A stretch of 64,000 bases of DNA from a virus. The stretch covers positions 13,060 through 77,059 of the IMG/VR virus record IMGVR_UViG_3300017992_000021. The stretch is one strand, 5' to 3'. This document shows positions 40,215 through 49,056 of this stretch, in pieces. Positions within the stretch are counted from its first letter, which is position 1, and each line of letters starts with the position of its first letter. The notes under the pieces were generated by a model, which ran no database searches, had not been told where the DNA came from, and saw only the letters and a list, made by a program, of their open reading frames with translations. The position numbers and the translations under genes are program-made.

Positions 40215-41315
40215 TTATGTCATACCTTGAACGCGCTTACGCAGATTTTGCTTGGCTTCACGGAATGACGCGGCTTTTTCACGCGGCTCTGCCGGTGGCG
40301 CTTTTGCGGAGCCGCCTCCTTCACCACCTGTGCCGGTAGCTCCGGGTTTGACTTCGAGTTCCTTATCGTCCTTCACCTTAGCGAAGAATTCAGGCACGTC
40401 TTCCTTGAGCTTCTCGAAAATATCCGCGAAGGACATTTCCTTACCGGCCTCATTTACGATTTCCTGCGCTTTTTGCTGAGCGAACTCATGCAGGTTGGTT
40501 GGTATACCGGCATCGTGTGCGGCACTACTGAACTTGTGGAAGTTGGTTTTCTTTTTCAGGTTGTCGCGATCTTCTTTGATTTCATCACGCACCTCTTCGG
40601 CGCGCTTCAGCTTATCCTTGAGATCAGCGTTTTCCTGTTCCTTTTCCGCGAGCTTGTTCTTGATAGGTTCGAGGCCCTTCTCTACGGCCTCAGTAACCTG
40701 CTTGGCGATTGCTTCCTGCGTTATCGCAGGCTGCTGGTCACCTTCGGGAGCCTTCGCCGGTTCGCCTTCAGCGGGCTTGGCGGGCTCGCCCGTAGCGGGT
40801 TGACCGCCCTCGGCAGGGGTCGTGGTTTCAGCTTCGGCAGACTGCGCGGCACCAGCACTGGCAGGCGGCGTGGTTTCAGTTCCGGTAGTTTCCTTGGGTG
40901 TAGTTTCGGCACCTTCTCCTGCCACATTTTTCTCCTGTTCTGCGGTGCGCTTTGAAACACGCTCCTTGATCTCATCGAGCTTGGTCTTCTGCTCGTCGGT
41001 CAGCCCCTCCTTACGAATCTGCTCGTATTTCTTGGCGCTGTCGAGTTCGCTTTCGAACTTTTCAGCTTCCGCATCGAGTTCCTTCATCATGGTGTCGAAA
41101 TCGAACGCGTCAGCCATTTCCTCGCCACGGATCTCGCCCTCTTGTGCGGCATCCGCTTTGATTTGATCATGCTTTTCCTCAGTCGCCACCTTCTCATTGA
41201 TTTTATCCCGCGCTTTGGAAAATCCATCCTGAGCGCGTTCATCGGTGAGGAGTTGACGAGACATGCCGCCATCCGGCGGAGTTCCACCCTCGGGTGTGCC
41301 TGCTGTGCCTGCCAT
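40215..41315 (-). CDS. capsid scaffolding protein
   Basis: Acidic, disordered plus coiled coil; LKEDVPEFF...GTGG...SFREAK C-terminus; directly upstream of MCP. Confidence 0.75.
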   Translation of the reverse strand: MAGTAGTPEGGTPPDGGMSRQLLTDERAQDGFSKARDKINEKVATEEKHDQIKADAAQEGEIRGEEMADAFDFDTMMKELDAEAEKFESELDSAKKYEQIRKEGLTDEQKTKLDEIKERVSKRTAEQEKNVAGEGAETTPKETTGTETTPPASAGAAQSAEAETTTPAEGGQPATGEPAKPAEGEPAKAPEGDQQPAITQEAIAKQVTEAVEKGLEPIKNKLAEKEQENADLKDKLKRAEEVRDEIKEDRDNLKKKTNFHKFSSAAHDAGIPTNLHEFAQQKAQEIVNEAGKEMSFADIFEKLKEDVPEFFAKVKDDKELEVKPGATGTGGEGGGSAKAPPAEPREKAASFREAKQNLRKRVQGMT

Positions 41316-41331
41316 TCATTCTCTCCATCGG

Positions 41332-42225
41332 TTAAACAGAAATAGCGTGCGGGTTAGGCCGCGAACGCCTGCGAATCTTTTTATGGGACGTAAAACGCTG
41401 AACGTCTTTGAGAGTCAGCACCGGCCCATACCTCCCATCGTAGGTGTCCAAGGTTTCCTTGAACGACCGTAGTATATGATGGCGGCAATTTGGATGAAAC
41501 AAATTTGGGCTTAATTCTCTCTGAACAAACATCAATGCATCCGCTGTCAGCACCTTACCTTGAACGAAAATACACGTCTGAGATGACTCGGGTACCGCCC
41601 CCGGATTACTTATCCGGAACAGGCGCTTAGCTCGCGGTACCTTCCTCAAACGATCCCGCTGCTTGAGCAGGATGCTGTCGGCCTCTCTGAAGAAATTCGA
41701 GGGCAGCGTCTTCACCAGCATTTTCACGTGCTGAGTAATGCCCATCCGAAAAATAGTACGCTGGCCACCTGCGGTCTGTCGAGTACGAACGACGCCGGAC
41801 ATATTGCCCTTCAACTGGCTCTCCGCCAGCCGCTTCGCGCCCTCATCACGGCCAAACAGCGCGGTGAATATCCGCTGCAAAATGGTGCGGTTGCGATTCA
41901 GTTTGTTCTGCGATCCCTCGATTGAATCCGAGGCAGTGGCGAACGCTTTCGTGATGTTCTGCACCCACAGGCCGAGATAGCGGTCTCGTAGAAGCAGGAT
42001 GAATTCCTTAATCTTGTCGTCGGTGATTTTGGCGGTCTCGATGAAGGCCGCTGCCATAGCGCGGAATTCGTTGCGTCCGATCGCTACGAGTTCGTTCTGT
42101 AATCGGGTCAAGGTGCCTTGGTTGAACTTCGTAACATCCTTCTCTACATCGCGTTGAAACACGGACAACTGCCGCAGGATGATCCTGAACTTGTTGCCAC
42201 GAAAGAATATGCGCGGTGGTGCCAT
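41332..42225 (-). CDS. minor head protein (SPP1 gp7 / Mu F-like)
   Basis: Basic protein with C...QGKV...LFHPNCRH motif. Confidence 0.8.
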   Translation of the reverse strand: MAPPRIFFRGNKFRIILRQLSVFQRDVEKDVTKFNQGTLTRLQNELVAIGRNEFRAMAAAFIETAKITDDKIKEFILLLRDRYLGLWVQNITKAFATASDSIEGSQNKLNRNRTILQRIFTALFGRDEGAKRLAESQLKGNMSGVVRTRQTAGGQRTIFRMGITQHVKMLVKTLPSNFFREADSILLKQRDRLRKVPRAKRLFRISNPGAVPESSQTCIFVQGKVLTADALMFVQRELSPNLFHPNCRHHILRSFKETLDTYDGRYGPVLTLKDVQRFTSHKKIRRRSRPNPHAISV

Positions 42226-42241
42226 AACGCCCCTATATTAA

Positions 42242-42276
42242 CAGAAACCGGACCAGTGGCAACTGGCCCGGCTCTG
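42242..42276 (-). terminator. intergenic hairpin; possible -35 (TTGCCA) in the loop with TAATAT 16 nt downstream
   Basis: CAGAGCCGGGCCAGT-TGCC-ACTGGTCCGGTTTCTG. Confidence 0.55.
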
Positions 42277-42319
42277 CGATGGAAAGTTCAGAGAGACTAG
42301 GCTCCCGACTCACCTCTAT

Positions 42320-43075
42320 CTACGATTGAGGCTCGGTGTCCTCATCCGAAGAGGCGTCTGCGTCTGCGCCCCCGTGAGACTCATCTTCATCAGGTTTTTC
42401 GTCCTCTGAGCCAGCGTCAACGACGTCGGAATCGGATTTTTCATTGCCATCGATTTCCGGCGCTCCAGAGTCTTCGGTCTTTTCGCCGTCGTCCGTACCG
42501 CCGTCGGAATCCTTGGGTTCTTCGTCCGTGCCGTCGTTAGGCTCTCTGGTATCACCCGTGTCGTTGTCTTCCTCGAAGGATACCTCTGGCTCGACAAGCT
42601 CGACTACAAGATCGACGGCCTTTTCAACGAGCACATCTGCCATGGGAATATTCAAGCCGACCAAAGCGGCTTCGGCAATCGGACCAAGGGCGCGCACCAG
42701 CTTGCCCATCAGGTACATCAAGCCCTTCCACGTGTCGTAGGCATTTCGCACCGTTGCATTTTCAGCAACAAGGCGGTAGCTATGCAGCACCATGTGCACA
42801 CGAGTCAGCATTTCCTGACCACGCTCTTTTTGTCCGCTCAGCAGCAACTTCTGCGCTTCTGCGTACACCTGCGCTAGCTGACCCAATCGAGAACCGAGGG
42901 TCATCTCTTTGGCGGACCCCTTCACGGAGTCCTTCACCTCGACGATGAGGTTTTCGAATGAGGCTTTACAGAGATCGAGCGCCTCCTGCAGCGCGGGGCG
43001 CACTTTCTCAGCGATCTGCGGAAACAGGGCCTTGTTGATGCTCCCGGTTACCTCATTGTGTGAACGTTCTGGCAT
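42320..43075 (-). CDS. hypothetical protein with acidic C-terminal tail
   Basis: RBS GGAGGAG; helical N-terminus and D/E-rich tail. Confidence 0.65.
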   Translation of the reverse strand: MPERSHNEVTGSINKALFPQIAEKVRPALQEALDLCKASFENLIVEVKDSVKGSAKEMTLGSRLGQLAQVYAEAQKLLLSGQKERGQEMLTRVHMVLHSYRLVAENATVRNAYDTWKGLMYLMGKLVRALGPIAEAALVGLNIPMADVLVEKAVDLVVELVEPEVSFEEDNDTGDTREPNDGTDEEPKDSDGGTDDGEKTEDSGAPEIDGNEKSDSDVVDAGSEDEKPDEDESHGGADADASSDEDTEPQS

Positions 43076-43076
43076 G

Positions 43077-43469
43077 CTACTCCTCCATACGGTTGATAAT
43101 GCTTGTCACGTTTCTAACAACGTGCTTGTGTGTATCCTTCTTGAAGGCTAGTGCGCCCTCGATAGCTTTAATCACGGTCTCCGTATCCTTGTACCGTCCG
43201 GGCGCCTTCTTGAGTTGCTGCTGCGCGAACTTCACCGCGATAGCCAATTTGTCATTCGGACCGGGCTGCATGCCGGATTTCTTCATCACCTTCTGAGCCC
43301 ACTCATTAGCGGCATCGACGGCCATATCGATAATAGCGTCGTACTTGTCCGGCCAACGGGACTTCAACCACGTGCGCAGCCAGCCAGCGCCAGCGATAAT
43401 TAAAGTCGCCACTACAGCGGCGATCGTATGTTCCCAGTTGAATGAAGTTTCAGTGAGCAAGGTCAGCAT
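43077..43469 (-). CDS. holin-like protein (LL-H family)
   Basis: Single N-terminal TM; AVDAANEWAQ...DKL..A...IEGAL pattern; RBS AAGGAG. Confidence 0.65.
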   Translation of the reverse strand: MLTLLTETSFNWEHTIAAVVATLIIAGAGWLRTWLKSRWPDKYDAIIDMAVDAANEWAQKVMKKSGMQPGPNDKLAIAVKFAQQQLKKAPGRYKDTETVIKAIEGALAFKKDTHKHVVRNVTSIINRMEE

Positions 43470-43481
43470 ATCTGTCTCCTT

Positions 43482-43526
43482 AAAAAACCACCCGGACATT
43501 ATGCCGGGTGGTTCATTGGCGGACAA
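43482..43526 (-). promoter_or_regulatory. promoter/terminator hybrid: TTGTCC-17-CATAAT with the -10 in the loop of an inverted repeat followed by a U-tract
   Basis: AACCACCCGG-CATAATGT-CCGGGTGGTT-TTT. Confidence 0.65.
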
Positions 43527-43575
43527 GAGATAATGCGCTACTTCTTAGCGACCTCTCTTGAATTCAAGGTTCCGA

Positions 43576-43881
43576 TTACTCGTCCTCCTTGTTCTTTTCC
43601 TTGGCATTGGCCAAAGCCTCTTCAGCCAAAGCAAGGTGAGCCTCAGTTAGCATGGTGCGAGACAGGCCCTCTGCACTGTCCCAGTTACCGTGCCATGAGT
43701 TGTCCCCGGCCTTCGCAGCATCGAGCATCAAAGCCGCACTTTTAGTGTCGGCGTCAATCTGCTTGGCGTTTTCCACAAGCTGTTGAGCTATGCGGACGTC
43801 AATGGGTTCCGACGTTTGAAACAGAGCGCACCCACTGAGCAGTAGGGGCAACACGAGCAAAGCTAAGAACTGCAGTCGCAT
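43576..43881 (-). CDS. lipoprotein (possible spanin-like lysis accessory)
   Basis: Signal peptide with lipobox LLSG-C; located between two holin-like genes. Confidence 0.7.
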   Translation of the reverse strand: MRLQFLALLVLPLLLSGCALFQTSEPIDVRIAQQLVENAKQIDADTKSAALMLDAAKAGDNSWHGNWDSAEGLSRTMLTEAHLALAEEALANAKEKNKEDE

Positions 43882-43897
43882 GAGTCTCCTCCATCGT

Positions 43898-43945
43898 TAA
43901 TGTGGTAATGGTCTGCACTAATGTGGTAATCCGCGCACCACATTA
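43898..43945. promoter_or_regulatory. putative operator: TAATGTGGTAAT twice (21-bp period) plus an inverted copy
   Basis: 43898-43909, 43919-43930, and ACCACATTA at 43937-43945. Confidence 0.6.
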
Positions 43946-43970
43946 CCTCGTTCTGTGGTGTTGGCAAGAC

Positions 43971-44004
43971 AAAAGTGAAACCGGCCCACGCGGGCCGGTT
44001 TCAC
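43971..44004 (-). terminator. rho-independent terminator
   Basis: GTGAAACCGGCCC-GCGT-GGGCCGGTTTCAC followed by TTTT. Confidence 0.85.
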
Positions 44005-44036
44005 AGGTTTCGGAGATGCAATGTCTACGAGCATCG

Positions 44037-44243
44037 TCAGTCAGTATACGATTCGCCGGTCAAACGGGCAAGCTGTATCCGTAGCTCCTCGCGGGTCATG
44101 GCGCTCATGCGGATCGTGGCCAAGAAGGCTTTCTCGCGCCAGTTCTCCACGCACGCCTCCCTGTAGAACTTGCGCAAGTACCTGCCAATGTACGACGGCT
44201 CGAAGTGTTCGGACTGGCTGGTCTTAGTGTGGAATCTCCCCAT
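44037..44243 (-). CDS. hypothetical protein
   Basis: Co-oriented; RBS-like AGAGAG. Confidence 0.5.
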   Translation of the reverse strand: MGRFHTKTSQSEHFEPSYIGRYLRKFYREACVENWREKAFLATIRMSAMTREELRIQLARLTGESYTD

Positions 44244-44260
44244 GCTCTCTGGTGGGCGCT

Positions 44261-44404
44261 CTAGTCCTTCTTCTTTTTCTTACGACCCTTACCAGCCTTG
44301 TCCATGGCGATCGCAACGGCCTGCTTTTTCGGCTTACCGGAACGGATGAGTTCCGCCACGTTGTCGCTGATGGTCTTCTTGGACTTACCTTTCTTAAGCG
44401 GCAT
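44261..44404 (-). CDS. small basic phage protein (DUF6496-like), missing from the ORF track
   Basis: Translated manually: MPLKKGKSKKTISDNVAELIRSGKPKKQAVAIAMDKAGKGRKKKKKD; RBS GGAGG. Confidence 0.8.
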   Translation of the reverse strand: MPLKKGKSKKTISDNVAELIRSGKPKKQAVAIAMDKAGKGRKKKKKD

Positions 44405-45011
44405 CGTCTTCCTCCGCATCAAGTTCTCGCAGTAGCGTGCGTAGCTCAGACCGTTTCTCCGTCGGCAGCTTCTTGACGATCTTGCGGGTCTGCCTAAAAT
44501 CCTCCGGCTTGTCTTCCTTCTTGAAGAGGGCCTTCAGTGCTGCCTCAAGCCCGTGCGGCTGATCTCTGTCGGAGAGATTACGCCGGGCAAGGAAACGGTA
44601 AAGCAGATGCATAAGCGGAACACGCAGGCCGAGGTCCTCCATGTTCTCTATCACGCTGGTGAGTTCAGTCAAGGCAATGTACGCATAAACCGCTGACGGG
44701 ATCATGCTCAAGAGCGGCACCGCGATCTGCGTTTGTTGGGCTACAAGGATTAACGCGCAGTACAGCAGCAGTTTTCCGATGCCACTCACGAAAGCCCGGC
44801 TTGACAGATTTCGATTCTTGATAGCGCGTGAAATTCCAAGCAACCAATCAAGAGCCCACACAATACCAAGCGCAATGAGCGGTGCGGTGTCATCCACCAT
44901 CACGTGCCCGTAGACAACTATCGGTGAGGATACGAGTAATTTCGGTAAAGCTCCTGCAGCTAGCTGACCTGCGCTGCCGAGAAGACCGGAAAATACGCCA
45001 TCCATGCGCAT
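44394..45011 (-). CDS. holin (phage_holin_4 / TcdE family)
   Basis: DWLLGISRA...LSSR...GIGK...TELTSVIENMEDLGLRVP; several TM helices. Confidence 0.85.
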   Translation of the reverse strand: MRMDGVFSGLLGSAGQLAAGALPKLLVSSPIVVYGHVMVDDTAPLIALGIVWALDWLLGISRAIKNRNLSSRAFVSGIGKLLLYCALILVAQQTQIAVPLLSMIPSAVYAYIALTELTSVIENMEDLGLRVPLMHLLYRFLARRNLSDRDQPHGLEAALKALFKKEDKPEDFRQTRKIVKKLPTEKRSELRTLLRELDAEEDDAA

Positions 45012-45053
45012 GCTCCATCCCTCCTTGCCCTTCTAGGACAAAGAGCCTCGCTG

Positions 45054-46409
45054 TTACTGCTTGCGAGTGCCGTCGTCACGCCATACCGGAAGCACGCGGT
45101 CGATCTGGACATCTTCCACTGCCGCGCGATAGCGGAACGGTACACCGGTGAAGAGACCGGTTTTGTCCGCACCAGCGGCGAGGCTGATGACAACAGGTGT
45201 CACGACCAAACGCTTATCCAGAGGTGTGGCGTTTAATGGCGCATCGTCAAGGTTGATTGTGCAAAGATCATGGGTGCCAAGGACAAGCGGGCCGCCGGTC
45301 ATTTCAATCGTCATGAGGCCCGCCCCATCCAGTGAGAGCGTGTTGACTGTCAGAGCACCATCCACCTTGGTAACAGTAGCCGAGGCGTATTCGGGCGCGA
45401 ACCCGCTGATGGTCAAGTCCACAGTATCAATCGACATCACCTCACCTATCACAAGTTGCACCTTGAACTTGGCAGGTACCGCATCGAGAGTGACTGGGAC
45501 AATCTGGAGCTTGTTTGCGTAGACGCTGTAATCACCGTAGTCATCCTGCATGTCGGTGAGCACAAGTGACGGTTCGTAACCATGACCCAGCATCCACGCC
45601 TGCCATAGATTGGCCTCTAACGAAACCTTGCCGATGTTGCGATCGTACAGGTTTTGCAGAGCATTCCACGCAGGCTCGACGCCGGTCGTGTCTTGGTTGA
45701 GAACTTCCATGGCCGCAGCGAACGGCTTGGAGATGCCTTCCGCCTCAGCCAGCCATGAGCGTATTTCGATTTCCGTAACGAAACCCGGCTGGTGCTTGAG
45801 GTCGCGAAGGTTGTTCGCGGTGATCCGCAAGCCAGCGTCACTGGGGTCGTTGACGCCGTTCCAGTTGTCGCTCTGGTACATACGTACGATGGCGACAGCG
45901 AGACGAGCGCGATCAGAAGAAGCATCGTAAACCTCGCGGGCGGTTGAGGGTAGACCGAGCCCTTGCAGGTACGTGCGAATATCGGCGGCAGTCTTACTGT
46001 AGGACTGCACTTGGTTCTGCATCTCAACGAAGAACTCGAACGCGCGGATACCGTTTTCATGCTGGAGCTTCAAGCTCGCAAGCGGCACCTGCGCAAAGTC
46101 CGTAGCGAGATCCGCGTGCGGGAATGAAGCAGCCGCTTGCAGCGTGATCGAACGGATCAGGCCGTAGCGTGCTACGAGTCCGTAGATGCGCTTCATGCCG
46201 TGGCTCAGACCATTGAACTGGTCGAACTTAATCGCGCCGAAAGTCGTATTGAGGTCGTCCTCAATGTGGCCTTCTGCCGTCGCCGGGGTAGCAGTGAACT
46301 GGGCTGCGCCATAGACCGCCAGCATTTTCAGATACTCAGCACTGGACTTGTCGTGCTGTACAGTTAATAGCCCGCCTTTAAACAGTACGGTGTCTGGCGT
46401 AGTCGGCAT
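45054..46409 (-). CDS. hypothetical virion-associated protein with C-terminal cohesin/Ig-like beta sandwich
   Basis: Between portal and holin; FKVQLVI...DTVDLTIS...LCTINL strand pattern. Confidence 0.55.
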   Translation of the reverse strand: MPTTPDTVLFKGGLLTVQHDKSSAEYLKMLAVYGAAQFTATPATAEGHIEDDLNTTFGAIKFDQFNGLSHGMKRIYGLVARYGLIRSITLQAAASFPHADLATDFAQVPLASLKLQHENGIRAFEFFVEMQNQVQSYSKTAADIRTYLQGLGLPSTAREVYDASSDRARLAVAIVRMYQSDNWNGVNDPSDAGLRITANNLRDLKHQPGFVTEIEIRSWLAEAEGISKPFAAAMEVLNQDTTGVEPAWNALQNLYDRNIGKVSLEANLWQAWMLGHGYEPSLVLTDMQDDYGDYSVYANKLQIVPVTLDAVPAKFKVQLVIGEVMSIDTVDLTISGFAPEYASATVTKVDGALTVNTLSLDGAGLMTIEMTGGPLVLGTHDLCTINLDDAPLNATPLDKRLVVTPVVISLAAGADKTGLFTGVPFRYRAAVEDVQIDRVLPVWRDDGTRKQ

Positions 46410-46420
46410 TTTTTACTCCC

Positions 46421-48391
46421 TCAAAAAGACGCGAGTTCGTTATTTCGTGTGGACATTTCCGCAACCTGATCGCTCATATCTCCGGTCGCTACATCCTGCG
46501 GCGGGGTTTCATCTCCGGGTAGCGCCACTCCTCCTAAACCAAATGGGGTGGCGTCCTGAAACAATTCCCCCTCCTCTTGTATACGTTTAATCTCCGCGAT
46601 TGCTTCTTCTTCACTTCTGCCGTCCACTTCTGTGAGGAATGTGTACAGCGAGAGGCTTGATTTACCGCCTAAACGGTCGATTGACTGAGAGACGTCCTGC
46701 GGAAGCGCGGGCATCATCTGAATATCAATGTCATTTTCCCGAATTACCGCTTGAACCGCGACGTGGCGGTTTTCGATCTCCTGCAGCTGGTTCTGGGTAA
46801 CCAGATAATCGAGTTCCTCAGTATTTCCAGCCTTTGTCGGGTCTTCGATAAACAGCCCGAGCGGAGCGTCCTTCAAGACCTCCACTTTCTGGAATACTTC
46901 GTTGAAACTCTTCAAAGAGATCCGCACAGCGTTGCTCTCTATGAATTTCTGGATCAGGCGAGCCTTTTCCTTGATCTCTTCGGCGGCGCCTTCCATCTGC
47001 GCCCGCTCCATAACGCTTTCGGCCACCTTGAAGTCACTGTAATAATCGATCGCGCTGATTATCACGAAAATCAAGCGTTGCAGGGAAGACTTGATATTCC
47101 CCCTACGCCGGTTGACCTTGTTCAGCGTTGGTGTCAGCTTCAATTTGTAGGCGACACCAGTCTCTACGGCGTCGGCCTTCTTGGAGCTTAGCAGGACAGG
47201 AGCGGTCTGACTCTCCGTAGCAATCATGTCGAGAATGAATTCCCGGTTGCTCTCCGAGCCCGCAATATCCGCCTGCGGTTGCAGGTAATCCGGTGTGAAC
47301 TTATCTTGAGGCCGCACGAGAATGACGCCCTCTCGCGGTACACGATAGAACGTCTTGCCGGTAGACGGGTCGAAGGTGACCGCCGTTTCACTGACCATCA
47401 TTTGCGGACCAGCGTATTTGTTGAGGAGTTCGCCCTCTCGCGATGCACGATCGTTAAACGAGAGGTTGTGGTCGATGACGCCATCCCACTCACTCTGGAA
47501 GGTACCGAGCGTGATCTTGTTTGGCAGGATGACGATCGCGAAGTCTTGCAGGCCGGTCACTACGACGCGCTTGAGATCCGGCTTGTAGTACTCAAGCGGG
47601 ACCTCCGCTACGATTTCGCGGCCCTTCACGGCCCACAGGTAATTCTCGTAGTATCCCTTGAAGTGGCGTTCCTCGAAGATGAACTTATCAAAGCCGCCGC
47701 TTCCGTGAGACTCGTGCGGGATGCCCTTGATTTTCTGCCAATCCCGAATGTCCTTCTTGGGGATTGGGATCTTCTTGGATATGCAGGTCCAGTCGTTGTC
47801 CTTGTTCTTCGGGAACGACACCCACAGGAACTGAGGCAGGACTCGCTGTAATTCCAGCGTGCCGGAATCCTTGTCAACGATCACCTGCACGCCAATATAG
47901 CTGAGGGCGCTGGCTTCGAACAACCACTCGTAGATGCTCTCACCAATTTGCATGTCATCGTTGAGCAGCGTATCGATCTCGTCGATGCCGGTCTTGATCT
48001 TTACACCGCCACCGGCAATCAGGTCTGTCTGGGCCTGCGATATCAGCTTGAGGAAGTTGTAGGCTTGGTACTTGGTCTGCTGATCGACCATGCCGCCTAC
48101 GCGTTGCTTGTACCACTCCGGTTGGAGGAATTTCACACCCTCCATCAGAATGCGGGAATATTGAGCTAGCTTCTTGCGTTGCGCTTCGTCCTCTTTCGTA
48201 CACCAGTACCGCTTGACTTTTCCATCCTTGTTACGGGTGATGTACGTTGGATCACGCTGCGTGAGATGGGATCTCTCGAACACGGCGTCGTCACGGATCG
48301 CCTCAGCGATCTGATCGATGTAACGCGAGAACCGGATGGAGATCCTCAGCGTGTTTGCAAATGCGTTAGCTACGTTGAGAGTTCCCGGCAT
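46421..48391 (-). CDS. portal protein (SPP1 gp6-like)
   Basis: Downstream of TerL; QSEWDGVID...FNDRAS, ETGVAYKLKL, EEAIAEIKRIQEE. Confidence 0.85.
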   Translation of the reverse strand: MPGTLNVANAFANTLRISIRFSRYIDQIAEAIRDDAVFERSHLTQRDPTYITRNKDGKVKRYWCTKEDEAQRKKLAQYSRILMEGVKFLQPEWYKQRVGGMVDQQTKYQAYNFLKLISQAQTDLIAGGGVKIKTGIDEIDTLLNDDMQIGESIYEWLFEASALSYIGVQVIVDKDSGTLELQRVLPQFLWVSFPKNKDNDWTCISKKIPIPKKDIRDWQKIKGIPHESHGSGGFDKFIFEERHFKGYYENYLWAVKGREIVAEVPLEYYKPDLKRVVVTGLQDFAIVILPNKITLGTFQSEWDGVIDHNLSFNDRASREGELLNKYAGPQMMVSETAVTFDPSTGKTFYRVPREGVILVRPQDKFTPDYLQPQADIAGSESNREFILDMIATESQTAPVLLSSKKADAVETGVAYKLKLTPTLNKVNRRRGNIKSSLQRLIFVIISAIDYYSDFKVAESVMERAQMEGAAEEIKEKARLIQKFIESNAVRISLKSFNEVFQKVEVLKDAPLGLFIEDPTKAGNTEELDYLVTQNQLQEIENRHVAVQAVIRENDIDIQMMPALPQDVSQSIDRLGGKSSLSLYTFLTEVDGRSEEEAIAEIKRIQEEGELFQDATPFGLGGVALPGDETPPQDVATGDMSDQVAEMSTRNNELASF

Positions 48392-48400
48392 GATTTACCT

Positions 48401-48583
48401 CTACGGTACGGCAGGCTTCTGGATGACGAATACCAACTCTTTCTCAGTCGGTAGGTACGTGGTCGAGACCACGATAGCATCCTGATCCACTGCTGCAACT
48501 GCCGCATCCAAAGCCGTCTTCATGGCGGCCTCCGCAACGTGAGCGTTTATGCGGAAAATCGTGTAGGTGGCAGGTGTCGCCAT
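48401..48583 (-). CDS. hypothetical protein
   Basis: RBS AAGGA; fills the gap before the portal. Confidence 0.55.
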   Translation of the reverse strand: MATPATYTIFRINAHVAEAAMKTALDAAVAAVDQDAIVVSTTYLPTEKELVFVIQKPAVP

Positions 48584-48665
48584 GGCTGTTTTCCTTCAAT
48601 ATTGAAAGCGGGGACGGCGAACGCCCCCGCTCGGTCATTTGACAAGAACCAGCGGGGTCAGGAAA

Positions 48666-48986
48666 TTATCCTTCGCCTCCGCTCGGTACAAGGTCGCGCT
48701 GCTGTTCCGCACCGGGAGCAGTTGCGGCGATTTCTTGCTTGGCCTCATCCAAAAGGATAACAGCGTTTTCGATCTTGGCTTCAGTCTCTTCACCGACCTG
48801 TGGGGCGGCCTGCGCAGCTTCAAGCGCCTCCATGGCGCCAGCCTCTGCAACATTCAGACTTTCAACAGCCTTTTGCTCGACCTCTGCTTCCGCTGGCTGG
48901 GCGGGTACGCTCGGGGCCATCTTACCGGCCAAGTTTCCTGTCGGATTACCGGGGTTTGGCGTCATTCCGCCTTGGTCCATCGGCAT
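48666..48986 (-). CDS. hypothetical acidic protein
   Basis: RBS AGAGGAG. Confidence 0.6.
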   Translation of the reverse strand: MPMDQGGMTPNPGNPTGNLAGKMAPSVPAQPAEAEVEQKAVESLNVAEAGAMEALEAAQAAPQVGEETEAKIENAVILLDEAKQEIAATAPGAEQQRDLVPSGGEG

Positions 48987-49056
48987 TTTTCTCTCCTCTT
49001 GTCAAAGTTAAAACGGTCCTGCACATTATCTACGACCAGAGGCATTATGAAGTATT

